From IMG/VR virus record IMGVR_UViG_3300029305_004950, positions 1 through 61,429 of that record: a stretch of 61,429 nucleotides of DNA, one strand, 5' to 3'. Each line of letters begins with the position of its first letter. Position 1 is the stretch's first letter. Source of the stretch: a virus (taxonomy: Duplodnaviria > Heunggongvirae > Uroviricota > Caudoviricetes). Made by a program: the position numbers and the translations under genes. The notes under the pieces were generated by a model, which saw nothing but the letters and a program-made list of their open reading frames with translations, searched no databases and was not told the DNA's origin. Below, one piece after another: positions 9,900-20,322 of this stretch.

Positions 9900-10488
9900 T
9901 TACATTTTCCTCTCGTTTATACTTTATCACTGTTTCTAAATTTTCTTCAACATACGTTACCATTTGGCTTTTGAAATCACCATCATTTTCATATATCAGT
10001 TTATAGATATCTAAATAGTCTCTCATTTCTAAAATGAAATCTAAACTGAAATTAAAGAATGAATAATCAACAATTTGACTCCAATCTATAACATCTTTAT
10101 ATTTTTTAAGAAATCCTTCAACTTCATCTTGTTTAATACTATGATACCTACCAGAAACCAATAACTCATTTAAGATAAAACTCCAACATTCATTATCCAA
10201 GTATTTATTTGAAATTTCAATTGTTTTATCTAGATTTTTACAAACCCAATAAGTATTTTTCCTAAGAAATCTACGCCAGTTTATTAAGTCTTTATAATCC
10301 TCTAAAAATTCAGGTATATGAATAACATCTGTAAAAGCATATACTACATCATAAACTATATCGTTTATCATATGTACAGTTAATCCATCACCAAACATGT
10401 ATTCATTGGTTATGTATTCTTCTAATAGGTGTCTATACTTTAATTCAAAATTGAAAACATGTTGTTTAGTAACTTTCGTTTCATTCAT
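9892..10488 (-). CDS. Trp-repeat family protein (array A, gene 3)
   Basis: VTKQHVFNFELKYR; YKDVIDW...EMRDYLD. Confidence 0.8.
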   Translation of the reverse strand: MNETKVTKQHVFNFELKYRHLLEEYITNEYMFGDGLTVHMINDIVYDVVYAFTDVIHIPEFLEDYKDLINWRRFLRKNTYWVCKNLDKTIEISNKYLDNECWSFILNELLVSGRYHSIKQDEVEGFLKKYKDVIDWSQIVDYSFFNFSLDFILEMRDYLDIYKLIYENDGDFKSQMVTYVEENLETVIKYKREENVNG

Positions 10489-11056
10489 TATCAGTTTCCT
10501 CTTTATTTCCAGTATATGTTAACACTTCTTCTAAATGGTCTACAGTATACTTTAACATCTGCTGACTTATAACACTACCGTTATGATAACGTATTTTAGA
10601 AATTACTTCTTTTATCTGTCTTTTAGTCATTCTGTCTTTTAAAAAGAGTAATAATTTTGGAGAAAATTCATGTTTTGTTATAATCGTTTGAATATCTAGT
10701 CTATCAATATATTTCATGATAAATTTTTCATTGTTGTATACACTAAACATACCATGAATATGACTCCAACCCTTATCACCGATGTATTTTTCATACTTAT
10801 TGACAAATTTGTAAAGATGCTCATTTACAAAATACCAATTTTGATAGATAAATCTATCAAAATCTATAAGTTCCATGTAGTCATCTATAAATTCAGTAAC
10901 TAGGTTATAATCACTCTGAAAGCTATAATGAAGATTTTTATATATAAGAGTATCAAAATTTCTTAAAGTAAGTTTGTCAAATTTCTGTTCCTTTACTTTA
11001 TCTTTATATTTCATCTCCCAATCGAATAGATGTTTTTTAGTTAGAGTTCTCCTCAT
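10481..11056 (-). CDS. Trp-repeat family protein (array A, gene 2)
   Basis: LTKKHLFDWEMKYK; C-terminal HLEEVLTY. Confidence 0.8.
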   Translation of the reverse strand: MRRTLTKKHLFDWEMKYKDKVKEQKFDKLTLRNFDTLIYKNLHYSFQSDYNLVTEFIDDYMELIDFDRFIYQNWYFVNEHLYKFVNKYEKYIGDKGWSHIHGMFSVYNNEKFIMKYIDRLDIQTIITKHEFSPKLLLFLKDRMTKRQIKEVISKIRYHNGSVISQQMLKYTVDHLEEVLTYTGNKEETDNE

Positions 11057-11651
11057 TAGTGTTATCCTTTCTATTATAAGATAAAATTTCTTCTATATGA
11101 TTTAAACAATAGTTCTTTATATGTTTAGCAAACTTTTTAGGTTTTTCTTCATGTCTATCAATTCTATCTAACATAATATCAAATCTTATATAGTCTTTTA
11201 ATTCAAAAAGTAAATCTATATCAAAATCAATATCATTACGCTGTTGTGATATGTACCGCCAGTCTAAGTTATCCTTATATTTTTTATAAAATTCATCTGT
11301 AGTTTCATCGTTACAAAGAATAGATATACAATACCAATGGTATTCATCAAAGTTTTTATTGAATTTATCCACGAATAGTTCTAAATTTGTTTCGATAAAA
11401 GCTCTTTCTGAATATATTAGTTGCTTCCAATCTATAATGTCCTGATAATCTTCTATGAATTCTAAAATAGTAGATCCATTGTATTTGAAGTTATGTGATA
11501 GATCTCTTGTGATTAACTTAAAAATATCTTCATTCAATTTAGTACGTTCAGTTATTGTAAAAACATGATTATGACATCCTATTAATAAGTGTTTGTATTT
11601 CAACTCAAAATCAAACATATGTTTTTTTGTTAACTTTATCGTATTTTCCAT
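11037..11651 (-). CDS. Trp-repeat family protein (array A, gene 1)
   Basis: LTKKHMFDFELKYK; early-type promoter at about 11681-11692. Confidence 0.8.
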   Translation of the reverse strand: MENTIKLTKKHMFDFELKYKHLLIGCHNHVFTITERTKLNEDIFKLITRDLSHNFKYNGSTILEFIEDYQDIIDWKQLIYSERAFIETNLELFVDKFNKNFDEYHWYCISILCNDETTDEFYKKYKDNLDWRYISQQRNDIDFDIDLLFELKDYIRFDIMLDRIDRHEEKPKKFAKHIKNYCLNHIEEILSYNRKDNTNEENSN

Positions 11652-11754
11652 AGTGTTATCAAATCCCCTTTCTTACTTTTATTATATATATTCAAACAAT
11701 AAATTAAACATTTCCATATAAAACTAATATAGAAAAGTGGTGAAGATATAGTCT

Positions 11755-13107
11755 ATGGCAAGATTAGTAGAACAAAAGATAATCCATGAAAATATTCTAA
11801 GACATTTACAGAATACTTATTCTTATCAATCTAAGCGTTTACAAGGTACTCCTATCTTTGTAACTTACTATAACAAGAATGTTTCTGCTTCAGAGCAAGA
11901 TCAACCTCTAGAGACAGTTAAGGATTTATTAGGTTATGAAAGTCCAATTAAGTATAACAAAATCAATGATTTTCCTTTATACTTAGCTTCTGAGTCTAAT
12001 CCAACTATAGATATTGATGAAGCATTTGGTTTAAATACTGAATCAACTGGTGAAGCTGTTATTCTACCTAATACTATAAAACCTTATGTTGATGACTTTT
12101 TCCATATCGATTACATGGAAGAGCAGTTACTTTTCCATGTCACTAAAATTGAAATGGATAAACTAAATGGTCAAAAATTCTATAAAATTGAGTATGAGTT
12201 ATCTCATCATAGAACTGAAGATGCAGAAGAAAAAGTTGAGACTGAATATTCAGTTGAGTATGATAACATAGGTACTAAGAATAATCCAATTATAGAAGAA
12301 ACTAAGTTCCAGTTAATAGAAAACATTAACAACTACATTCAGAAACTTAGAAAGTTTTTCATTAATTCTTTCCTTAACAGAAAGTATAATGTGTTTACTT
12401 ATCGTTATAATGATAAAAACATCTATAATGAATTCTTAATTAGATTCTTAATCAACAACGGTATTCTAGATAATACTCAGAGAACATTTTTAGGTTCTTA
12501 TTACATTCAAGATATCTTTATTGATTCACCTGCATTCTATGAGCTTTATGATATGACTATCTATAAGGCATTAGAAGAAGATGATATCGACTATTTCAAA
12601 TTAGAAGATATGGTTACTATGGAAATCTTAAAGAATATTACGAATAATCCTTTTAGCTTAGATTACAATGAGTATTACAGAGTTTGCTATGTTCCTTCCG
12701 ATAGCCATAATGAAACTATTAAGGAATTAGACAGTACTTATGAGAATTACAAAGCTAAGAAAACTATTTCATTATCTTACGATGATGTATTTGGCAGATT
12801 AGGTAATACTAATTATGGATTTATAGATAAAGCTGATCCTGAACATTTAGTACGTCATGCATTTATCACACCACATCAATCAGAGTTTGTTATCAATTGT
12901 AATAGTAATATTCAATATGAGGATGGAAAAGAATATTTCTTAGAGAATATTCTTATCAAACATTTTAACAAAACATTAGTAATCGATAATGAGTTATTAG
13001 AGATTTTAAATAAACACAATTTCTTCCCAACATTTAGAGAGTACTTATTAGTACCTTGTCTTATTTTTATCTTAAAAAATGAGATTTTCCGATTAACAAA
13101 TTCATAA
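11755..13107 (+). CDS. probable virion structural protein
   Basis: 450 aa; AACA-N6-TA at 11707-11718; FVTYY...GEAVILPNTIKPYVDDFF resembles conserved jumbo-phage virion proteins (from memory). Confidence 0.5.
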   Translation: MARLVEQKIIHENILRHLQNTYSYQSKRLQGTPIFVTYYNKNVSASEQDQPLETVKDLLGYESPIKYNKINDFPLYLASESNPTIDIDEAFGLNTESTGEAVILPNTIKPYVDDFFHIDYMEEQLLFHVTKIEMDKLNGQKFYKIEYELSHHRTEDAEEKVETEYSVEYDNIGTKNNPIIEETKFQLIENINNYIQKLRKFFINSFLNRKYNVFTYRYNDKNIYNEFLIRFLINNGILDNTQRTFLGSYYIQDIFIDSPAFYELYDMTIYKALEEDDIDYFKLEDMVTMEILKNITNNPFSLDYNEYYRVCYVPSDSHNETIKELDSTYENYKAKKTISLSYDDVFGRLGNTNYGFIDKADPEHLVRHAFITPHQSEFVINCNSNIQYEDGKEYFLENILIKHFNKTLVIDNELLEILNKHNFFPTFREYLLVPCLIFILKNEIFRLTNS

Positions 13108-13143
13108 AAATATAAAAATCCGAAAGGAGGAAGTTTATCTCCT

Positions 13144-14013
13144 ATGTTAAATAATCTTTCCAAACAAATCAATACTGAACTTCAAAATGAGCAAGACAGT
13201 AAAGATTTTTATGAACTTATTCATGAAGATGTTGAATTTGAAAACTTTATTGATAACAAACTTTTAAATCTTAGTGAGAATGGAGTGAATAATGAAATGC
13301 TAAAGAATGAGATGCCTTTTTTATTCATTGAAGATACTGTAGTTGATGATGAATTAGTAACTAATCTTCAGAATGAAGTAGATTATGAGGATGACTTTGA
13401 GAAGAAGCCTATCTCTGATAATGACAATACTACTGATTTCCAAGAACCTAAAGATTTTACTGATGACTTCTCCGCTCAGTATGCTAGTGATGCAGAGGCT
13501 GATACTAAGCTAAACAAGGAAGTTGATTATGCTGATAATCAGAAGACTCCTGTAAATATTGACGAATTTAGTAACGAAGCAGTAGATTTCCTATTTGAAA
13601 TGGGTGATATTCTAGGTGCTATGGAACTAATGGAAAGTGAATGTGATGGTACTCTTCTAAAGGTTAGCTGCCCTGATGAGGGTGAGACCATTGAGCAGGC
13701 TGAAGAAGCTGATGTAAAGGATACTGAGCGTCCTGTTGGCGGTCTAGTTGAACCTGTTGCTGAAGCTGATGAAGAAATGACTGATGACTCCGACGATATG
13801 GAATCTTTAGATGAAGAATTTGCTGCTTTATTCGAATCTTCCAATGAAGACGAAGAAGATGAAGATGAGGATGAAGAAGAGGAAGAGGAAGATTCTGAAG
13901 AAGAAGACGATAAAGAGTCTGAGGAAGAAGAAAAAGAATGTGATGACGAAGAATGCGAAGATGATAAGAAAGAATTAAAGGAATCTTATAGCATTCTTGA
14001 TTGGTTTGCATAA
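13144..14013 (+). CDS. highly acidic protein, possible prohead scaffold/core
   Basis: D/E-rich tract; multiple LxE sites; downstream of a late gene. Confidence 0.45.
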   Translation: MLNNLSKQINTELQNEQDSKDFYELIHEDVEFENFIDNKLLNLSENGVNNEMLKNEMPFLFIEDTVVDDELVTNLQNEVDYEDDFEKKPISDNDNTTDFQEPKDFTDDFSAQYASDAEADTKLNKEVDYADNQKTPVNIDEFSNEAVDFLFEMGDILGAMELMESECDGTLLKVSCPDEGETIEQAEEADVKDTERPVGGLVEPVAEADEEMTDDSDDMESLDEEFAALFESSNEDEEDEDEDEEEEEEDSEEEDDKESEEEEKECDDEECEDDKKELKESYSILDWFA

Positions 14014-14134
14014 TTAAAAACTAGATTATTCATATCTAGAAAAATATAATAAAAATTTTTATATGATTAGTAGACGAATTATATGAAAACTTTTACTATA
14101 AAAATAAAAATGAATCATAAATCCGTAAAAGAAA

Positions 14135-14719
14135 GTGCAGGTGAAAAAGAACTTGGCTCGTGTTAAGGTAACTATAAACAAAAAGGGTTATATTCCTGGT
14201 TTAGGTCAAGGACCAATTAGAAATCCAATTCTTATTACTAAGGATCATTGCGATCAATTAATTAGACTTGGCTATCCAGTTAAAATCATTAATATTCCCT
14301 TAAAAAAAATTATAAAAGAAGAGATTGTTGCTCCTTTTACCCCTTATCTCAAAAAAGAAGAAGTAAAAGTTGCTAAACAAGAAGTTGTTCAGGAAACTAA
14401 ACAAGAAAAAATTGAAGAAATAGTTACTGAAAATACTGTAGAAGTTCAAGAAGAACCTGCAGTAAAAGAACTTGTTAGTGAAGATTCAGTAATAGAAAAT
14501 GAGGAAAAAGTTGTTACTGAAGAGGAAGAATCTATTTTAGTAGATGATCCTGATTTAAGTGCAGGTGCTTACTATAATGAAGCTTTCCTTACTTCTAAAG
14601 CATTATGTAAAAAGATTCTGTCCAATAGACAGATTCAATATGAAGACAGTGCTTCTTTCGTTCTATTAAAGAAATTAGTTTCTGATTCTAATCCTGAAGT
14701 AGAATTTGTAGAAGAATAA
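14135..14719 (+). CDS. hypothetical protein
   Basis: 194-aa ORF followed by a terminator. Confidence 0.6.
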   Translation: MQVKKNLARVKVTINKKGYIPGLGQGPIRNPILITKDHCDQLIRLGYPVKIINIPLKKIIKEEIVAPFTPYLKKEEVKVAKQEVVQETKQEKIEEIVTENTVEVQEEPAVKELVSEDSVIENEEKVVTEEEESILVDDPDLSAGAYYNEAFLTSKALCKKILSNRQIQYEDSASFVLLKKLVSDSNPEVEFVEE

Positions 14720-14728
14720 TTCATAAAA

Positions 14729-14766
14729 ATAAACTCATATACCTATATATAGGTATATGAGTTTAT
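14729..14766. terminator. bidirectional terminator
   Basis: ataaactcatatacct...aggtatatgagtttat between convergent genes. Confidence 0.75.
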
Positions 14767-14780
14767 TTATTTTAAAATAT

Positions 14781-15416
14781 TTAGATCCTGTCTTTTATAG
14801 TTAGATTAGGTTCAACATTTAAAATATTACACCAAATTTCAAAAGTTTTCCAAGTCATATTAGGTCTTGTTGAAAGTCCATAGAAAAGATTATAACCTAT
14901 ACTATCTGTTTCAACTGCTTCATAAATATCAGCCATTGTTAAAGAAATAGAATTAATCTTTTCTTTAATAATTCTTACCATAGGATCATCATCATTATAG
15001 ATAGCAAAATTTAATACTTCTTCTCTTTTGATTCTCTTTTTATTATCTAATTTTCTTTTTTCTTTAGATATAGAAGATTTCTTTACAGAAATTTTTCCAC
15101 TATTAGTACTAGTCTTTTTACTAACAGTTTCCATCTTTCTTATATTAGACAATATAGAATTCAAATTTGTTCCTTCATCTTTTTTAACTATATCATCTTC
15201 AGTAATTGTAGATTTACCTACTGTAATAAATCTTCCATCATCTTTTAGATAAAGTCCAACCAATTTTGGTTGTTGACTCTTAATATATTTTCCCCTATAA
15301 ATAAAAATCTGGTCATTTACAACGTATGCATCACCTTTAACGACTGAATATTCATCAAATTCATCGTGTAACTTTATAAATTTATCATCAACTTTTACAT
15401 GCTGTATTTGATTCAT
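14781..15416 (-). CDS. hypothetical protein with possible C-terminal HTH-like domain
   Basis: C-terminal LTMADIYE...TWKTFEIWCNILNV pattern. Confidence 0.5.
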   Translation of the reverse strand: MNQIQHVKVDDKFIKLHDEFDEYSVVKGDAYVVNDQIFIYRGKYIKSQQPKLVGLYLKDDGRFITVGKSTITEDDIVKKDEGTNLNSILSNIRKMETVSKKTSTNSGKISVKKSSISKEKRKLDNKKRIKREEVLNFAIYNDDDPMVRIIKEKINSISLTMADIYEAVETDSIGYNLFYGLSTRPNMTWKTFEIWCNILNVEPNLTIKDRI

Positions 15417-15433
15417 AATTACTTTCCTTCCCT

Positions 15434-16177
15434 TTATTCATCTTTATCGCTAGAAACTTTTTTAAAGTTTCGTTTCTTACCACTACTTATTTTTCCACCA
15501 GTACCATAACTATATTCTACTGGCATCATTTCCATATTTTCCAATTCTAATGCATGAGCAATCTGTTGCATATATGCCATTTGTTTTAAATGTTGAGAAG
15601 AAGATAAAAGATCAAAATTATTTATAAAATAAGTAATTCCGTATAAATCTTCATCCGTAATTGTAGTATATAGATTTTCATCATTAAAAAAGATAGTAAC
15701 ACCTTTAGTATATTTACTACTTATCTCATCTTCATTATTAATTACATCAAAAACTATACTTATAGAATGACCACCAACTAGATTATTAATCTTTATTACA
15801 TAATCTTCATACTCTGGTTTTAATACTATAACACCATCGTCAAATGTATCAAATGCATCATCTAAATCTTCAACTACAGTATTAAATGCATTTCGTATTT
15901 TCATTATGTGCTGATAAGAACTATAAATTTCTATACCTTTATTAGATTCATCATCTTTACATGAAAAGACTAAGAAATCAGAACTTTCCATGTAAAGACT
16001 TCCAACATAGTTATAATTAGTGTATTTGTTACTCTTATAGCAATTTTCTTTAAAACAATCTATCCTATTTCCATTTTTTGAATTTCGTCTTCCTAAAACA
16101 ACTGTATTCTTAATGGAAAAGTTTTTAGAAGGTCTTAGAATTAATTCTTCAATTTTTTCTAGATTACCGAAATTCAT
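15434..16177 (-). CDS. hypothetical protein
   Basis: 247-aa ORF with Shine-Dalgarno, in the helicase operon. Confidence 0.6.
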   Translation of the reverse strand: MNFGNLEKIEELILRPSKNFSIKNTVVLGRRNSKNGNRIDCFKENCYKSNKYTNYNYVGSLYMESSDFLVFSCKDDESNKGIEIYSSYQHIMKIRNAFNTVVEDLDDAFDTFDDGVIVLKPEYEDYVIKINNLVGGHSISIVFDVINNEDEISSKYTKGVTIFFNDENLYTTITDEDLYGITYFINNFDLLSSSQHLKQMAYMQQIAHALELENMEMMPVEYSYGTGGKISSGKKRNFKKVSSDKDE

Positions 16178-16219
16178 TAGTATTTCCTTTCTTTACATCA
16201 TAATTTGTAATCTTTTGTT

Positions 16220-18796
16220 TTATGTTTTGTCTGACAAAACATAACTCTTTTTTGCAACTTTTTGCATGAACCTATTACGAATTTTACTATGATTTCGGCA
16301 TTGTTTAAAACCATTATCTGTTAATTGAATGAAGTACTTTTTTACTCCTTCTTTATATCTAAGTCTACCAGAAAGTTGTTCCATTAATACTGCTGATGAA
16401 ACACTAACTGTATTGATCACTATACATAGATCATCTACATCTACGCCTTTACCAAAACCTTTTAAAGTAGTAAGGATTAATTGATTATCTAATTCTTTAT
16501 CTCTTTCAGATTTTGCAACTAAACCACAAAATCTTCCTACTTTAATCTTTCTCGCTTTTTTTGTTTCATTATTGATAAAGATAGATTTAGAAAAATCATC
16601 ATATAGTTTTTCAATCATGTTGTTACAATTTACAACTATAGCTATTTTCTGTTCAGGATCTTTATTCCATAAGTCATTTAAAAGTTGTTTTAACATTTTG
16701 AAGTACTTATCATATTTTTTATTTAGTAGATAGTCATTATAACGATTACTATCAAATCCATGTGCATTAGACATATTGAGTTCTTCATAGTCAGTAGGGT
16801 GTGTATTCCATAAATACTCAATATACCTAATATACTTTTCATTTCTAGATTCAGTTAAACCAAATGTAACAACACCATCGAATAAACGACTATATACTTC
16901 TTGTTCATTGTAATTACTTCTAGCAGGGGTTGCCGTTAGATAGATAGTATTTTTAACATCAGTATTGATATCAATGTAGAAAATGTTTCTCCATTCAACA
17001 TGTGCTTCGTCAAAAATCTTATCACCAATACCTATTTTCTGGAATAGGTCATTCAATAATTCCCAATTACCATCACAATAAGAATCTAATGTTCTATGAC
17101 TAGCTAGGTATACTTTATATGGATTATTAGTCTGTCTCATTAGTTTCTTTATAGTAGCACTGCCAGAAATTGTAAACATTTCATCATCTTCAATGTTTGT
17201 AAATTTCTTAAAAGATTCTTTCCATTGGTTTAAAATCTTATCATTATCAACTATAATAATTGGAATTCGTCCAGACTTAGTTACATAGTTTATGGCTGTA
17301 TAGGTATTATGAGTTACAATATAGTTAGAAGTAAGATATAGATGATCTGGATTATCTACTTTAATACAAAGCATTTCTTCTTGATTATCCATTTTTTCAA
17401 CAGAAGTAATAGCTATATAGTCATAATCTCTTCTTTTAATTTCATTTTTGTGTTTTTCAGCAATAGCCACTTTTCTTGGTATAGAAAAAAGTCTAGTCTT
17501 TTTATAATTTGGAATATTAACATGAATTACATAGCATTTATAATCTTTTCTATTTTTTCTAGTATCTTCAGAAATAGTAGCTGATAAACCCAATGAAATT
17601 AAAATTTCTTTTACATCTTCTGCTAATTTTTTAGATATAGTATAATACTTAACATGACATCTTTCATTATCTCCAATATATCCATCGGTATCAAATAATC
17701 CTTGAATTAATTGATAACGTTGTTCAATACTTGCAGTTTTATAGATATCTGGAATGTACTTATTATCAGATTTATATCCAATTAGGCTGAAGTTATCATT
17801 TTCAAAAACGTCTTTAGTTCTAATATATTTATAGTACGTATGACTATCTTCTGAAAATAGCTTTTCTTTCATTTCAAATTTATAACTATAATTAGAATCA
17901 TGGTATTTAAATGGTTTACAATCTAATATATTAGCTACTTTTTCTACAATAAATTCATCTTTTGCACTTAATGTTAATGCTTTTTCAGTAAGACATCCAT
18001 CACCAATAAAACAACCTAAAATATAAGGATCAACGGGTAGAGTTATTTCTGGATATTCAACTTCGCCATTCATAGGAATCCAATGATTATATCTACCTTG
18101 TTTATTAAGAATACCCTTTGACATAATTTCACTAAGAGGAATAGTTTTTTCTTTGATAACTCTTTTCTTAGTATCATTATCAATAGATGCATACTTAACA
18201 GTCCATAGATGATCATCATTACAATATGTTACTCGACCATCACTTAATTCAACCTTATAATTATTCAGTTTTCCTCTTCTAAAAATTCCAGTAACTTCTG
18301 TAGGTTTACCATTTCTATCAAATACATAATCACCTACATTTAAATCACCTAATTTTTTGAAACCATTAGGAGTAGGAATAATAGTGTTAATTGGTTGTGC
18401 TTTCCCATCGCCTGGTTTCAAACATAGGAATTTCTGAGTTTCATTCTTGAATTCAGAAAATTTACCCTTACCTAAGAGATATTCAATACTTTCTTTTTGT
18501 ATATCGCTTCTAGGTTGTACTGTTAGTTTTAGTTTCATGTATTTACAAGGTTTTCCACTTAAATCATATTCTAGTTCATGATTAGGAAAATAGTACATTA
18601 GCTGAGTTAACTTAATACCCTTGTGAATATACATGATTTCATTTTCTTCGTCTTCTTTATAAGCAAACCAACTTATATAGTTTCCACCATTTTTTGTCTT
18701 TTGCCATACAGATAGTTTCTTTTTGAAGTCAACATAATTACCTTTTTTATAATCATGTATTACTATACTAGATGTTAGTATCTGTATTTTATACAC
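16220..18796 (-). CDS. superfamily 2 (UvsW-like DExH) helicase containing an intein
   Basis: Walker A LKPGDGK|T split by the intein; DEAH, LTATP, GKGVDV, EQLSGRLR motifs. Confidence 0.88.
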   Translation of the reverse strand: MYKIQILTSSIVIHDYKKGNYVDFKKKLSVWQKTKNGGNYISWFAYKEDEENEIMYIHKGIKLTQLMYYFPNHELEYDLSGKPCKYMKLKLTVQPRSDIQKESIEYLLGKGKFSEFKNETQKFLCLKPGDGKAQPINTIIPTPNGFKKLGDLNVGDYVFDRNGKPTEVTGIFRRGKLNNYKVELSDGRVTYCNDDHLWTVKYASIDNDTKKRVIKEKTIPLSEIMSKGILNKQGRYNHWIPMNGEVEYPEITLPVDPYILGCFIGDGCLTEKALTLSAKDEFIVEKVANILDCKPFKYHDSNYSYKFEMKEKLFSEDSHTYYKYIRTKDVFENDNFSLIGYKSDNKYIPDIYKTASIEQRYQLIQGLFDTDGYIGDNERCHVKYYTISKKLAEDVKEILISLGLSATISEDTRKNRKDYKCYVIHVNIPNYKKTRLFSIPRKVAIAEKHKNEIKRRDYDYIAITSVEKMDNQEEMLCIKVDNPDHLYLTSNYIVTHNTYTAINYVTKSGRIPIIIVDNDKILNQWKESFKKFTNIEDDEMFTISGSATIKKLMRQTNNPYKVYLASHRTLDSYCDGNWELLNDLFQKIGIGDKIFDEAHVEWRNIFYIDINTDVKNTIYLTATPARSNYNEQEVYSRLFDGVVTFGLTESRNEKYIRYIEYLWNTHPTDYEELNMSNAHGFDSNRYNDYLLNKKYDKYFKMLKQLLNDLWNKDPEQKIAIVVNCNNMIEKLYDDFSKSIFINNETKKARKIKVGRFCGLVAKSERDKELDNQLILTTLKGFGKGVDVDDLCIVINTVSVSSAVLMEQLSGRLRYKEGVKKYFIQLTDNGFKQCRNHSKIRNRFMQKVAKKSYVLSDKT
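17306..18400 (-). mobile_element. class 3 intein (365 aa) with LAGLIDADG homing endonuclease
   Basis: Starts AQP, ends VTHN followed by T; WCT signature (DHLW, MLCIKV, VTHN); LGCFIGDG and IQGLFDTDG motifs. Confidence 0.88.
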
Positions 18797-18861
18797 AAAT
18801 GTTTACCTCCATTTCTATAGAATTTCTATCTTTATAATATATATTTCTAGTTTTTTTTAAT

Positions 18862-18905
18862 AAAAAAAAGAAATGAGAGTATGGAATAAAATCCATACTC
18901 TCATT
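18862..18905 (-). terminator. intrinsic terminator
   Basis: aatgagagtatgga/tccatactctcatt stem with a minus-strand U tract. Confidence 0.75.
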
Positions 18906-18918
18906 AGTTTGTAATAAC

Positions 18919-20139
18919 TTAGAAACCACCACAGAAGTATGTAGTAGTACCTAAAATTTCATCATAGTACTCGGCATAGGTATAAGTACCTTGTCTAGCA
19001 CCAGATTGGCCTAAGATATCTTTAGGAAGCATTCGATTACCATTAATTAAAAGATCTTTAGCAATTTCAATGCACCATTCAAAAGGTTCTGCGTATTCAC
19101 CCTTATAAGCCCAAGGATACTGATAAGGACCATTGTGAAGAACATCATATACTGTGTTGGGGTACAGATCACTATCTACTCGATTAAGAACAACACATCC
19201 AACATAGTTACGTGCATATTCAGGTATCCATTCGCAACCCATTTCTTTAGTAATAGCCATTGCCAACCAATAGATATCTTCTTCAGTATAGTTAACACTG
19301 TTACAATCAGCTAGATAATTACCATTAATCCAACCAATAGTATTATTTTTGCAAACTTTATACCAAACATCATTATTAACTTTAATAGCACCTAGATAGG
19401 TTACACTAGTTCCCTTGTTCAACTGAGTTACAATATCAGAAGAAACATCATGATCAGATCTCATATTTACATTGTCAGTTGTAAAATATTTTACATCTTT
19501 CTTCATAAAATAAGAATTCATATGGTCACTTTCAAATAGTTCTTTCCAAGAATTATAGTTAGTAAAGTAATACGTTCTACTATATGCACTATTACACATA
19601 GTTTCAATTTTCTGATTGCGACACTTTTCGTATTCTTTTGCTCCTTTGAAAGAATTATTCATAGGATCGAATAATGATTTTTCAATAAGTTCTGCATAGT
19701 TTATATCACTTTTAAAATATACATCTTCTTTTTTATCTATCTTGTTAGCATTGTCTTGTACATTATTTAAAAGCTTTCCATCTTCTTTCTTTTCATAGAA
19801 AGAAATTTCAAATAGCTTTTCCCAAGATGTATATTCCGTAAAATAGCTAGTTTTTGAATATTCGGTATTGTTACCAAGATATTCAATTTTTTGATTACGA
19901 AGTCTTTCATATTCCTTTGCTTGTTCAAATGATTCTGCAGTTTTTACTTTAGAACATTCAATAATCAAAGCAGCATAATCAGCCTTCATATCAAATTCCA
20001 TTTTTTTGCTAACATCAAAATTAGAATCATTACCATTAGCGGAAACAAAGCTACTTGTGATAATTACAATGAAGCAAACAACCATTGCAAAAGAGATTAC
20101 CTTTCTTAGAATAGTGTTTTGCTTTTTTTGCTTTTTCAT
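18919..20139 (-). CDS. secreted cell-wall hydrolase (signal peptide, SH3b domain, SleB/Hydrolase_2 domain)
   Basis: N-terminal signal/TM; two YA-x-LI...YE-x-x-RNQKI repeats; VNMRS...WYKV...GWING SH3; LAMAITKE...VVLNRVDS...YPNTVYDV. Confidence 0.8.
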   Translation of the reverse strand: MKKQKKQNTILRKVISFAMVVCFIVIITSSFVSANGNDSNFDVSKKMEFDMKADYAALIIECSKVKTAESFEQAKEYERLRNQKIEYLGNNTEYSKTSYFTEYTSWEKLFEISFYEKKEDGKLLNNVQDNANKIDKKEDVYFKSDINYAELIEKSLFDPMNNSFKGAKEYEKCRNQKIETMCNSAYSRTYYFTNYNSWKELFESDHMNSYFMKKDVKYFTTDNVNMRSDHDVSSDIVTQLNKGTSVTYLGAIKVNNDVWYKVCKNNTIGWINGNYLADCNSVNYTEEDIYWLAMAITKEMGCEWIPEYARNYVGCVVLNRVDSDLYPNTVYDVLHNGPYQYPWAYKGEYAEPFEWCIEIAKDLLINGNRMLPKDILGQSGARQGTYTYAEYYDEILGTTTYFCGGF

Positions 20140-20322
20140 AAGTTAAACTCCTTTTTCTTATTTAGTATAATCATAATTTTTTATTTAGTTGTATTTATAT
20201 AAAAGGAAACAAATTTTCCTGTATCTTCTAAATTTTGTAAAAATGGTGCATAAAGATTTGTTTGTTAAAAGTTAAAAGTAATGGAAGTATTAGAGAAATC
20301 TCTAATACTTCCATTATAAAAC

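Noticed and set aside
13539-14011. Minus-strand ORFs here and similar short ORFs opposite long genes (e.g. 649-915, 4540-4932, 23136-23495, 31999-32301, 48093-48419)
   Set aside because: Antisense shadows of well-supported genes, without translation signals
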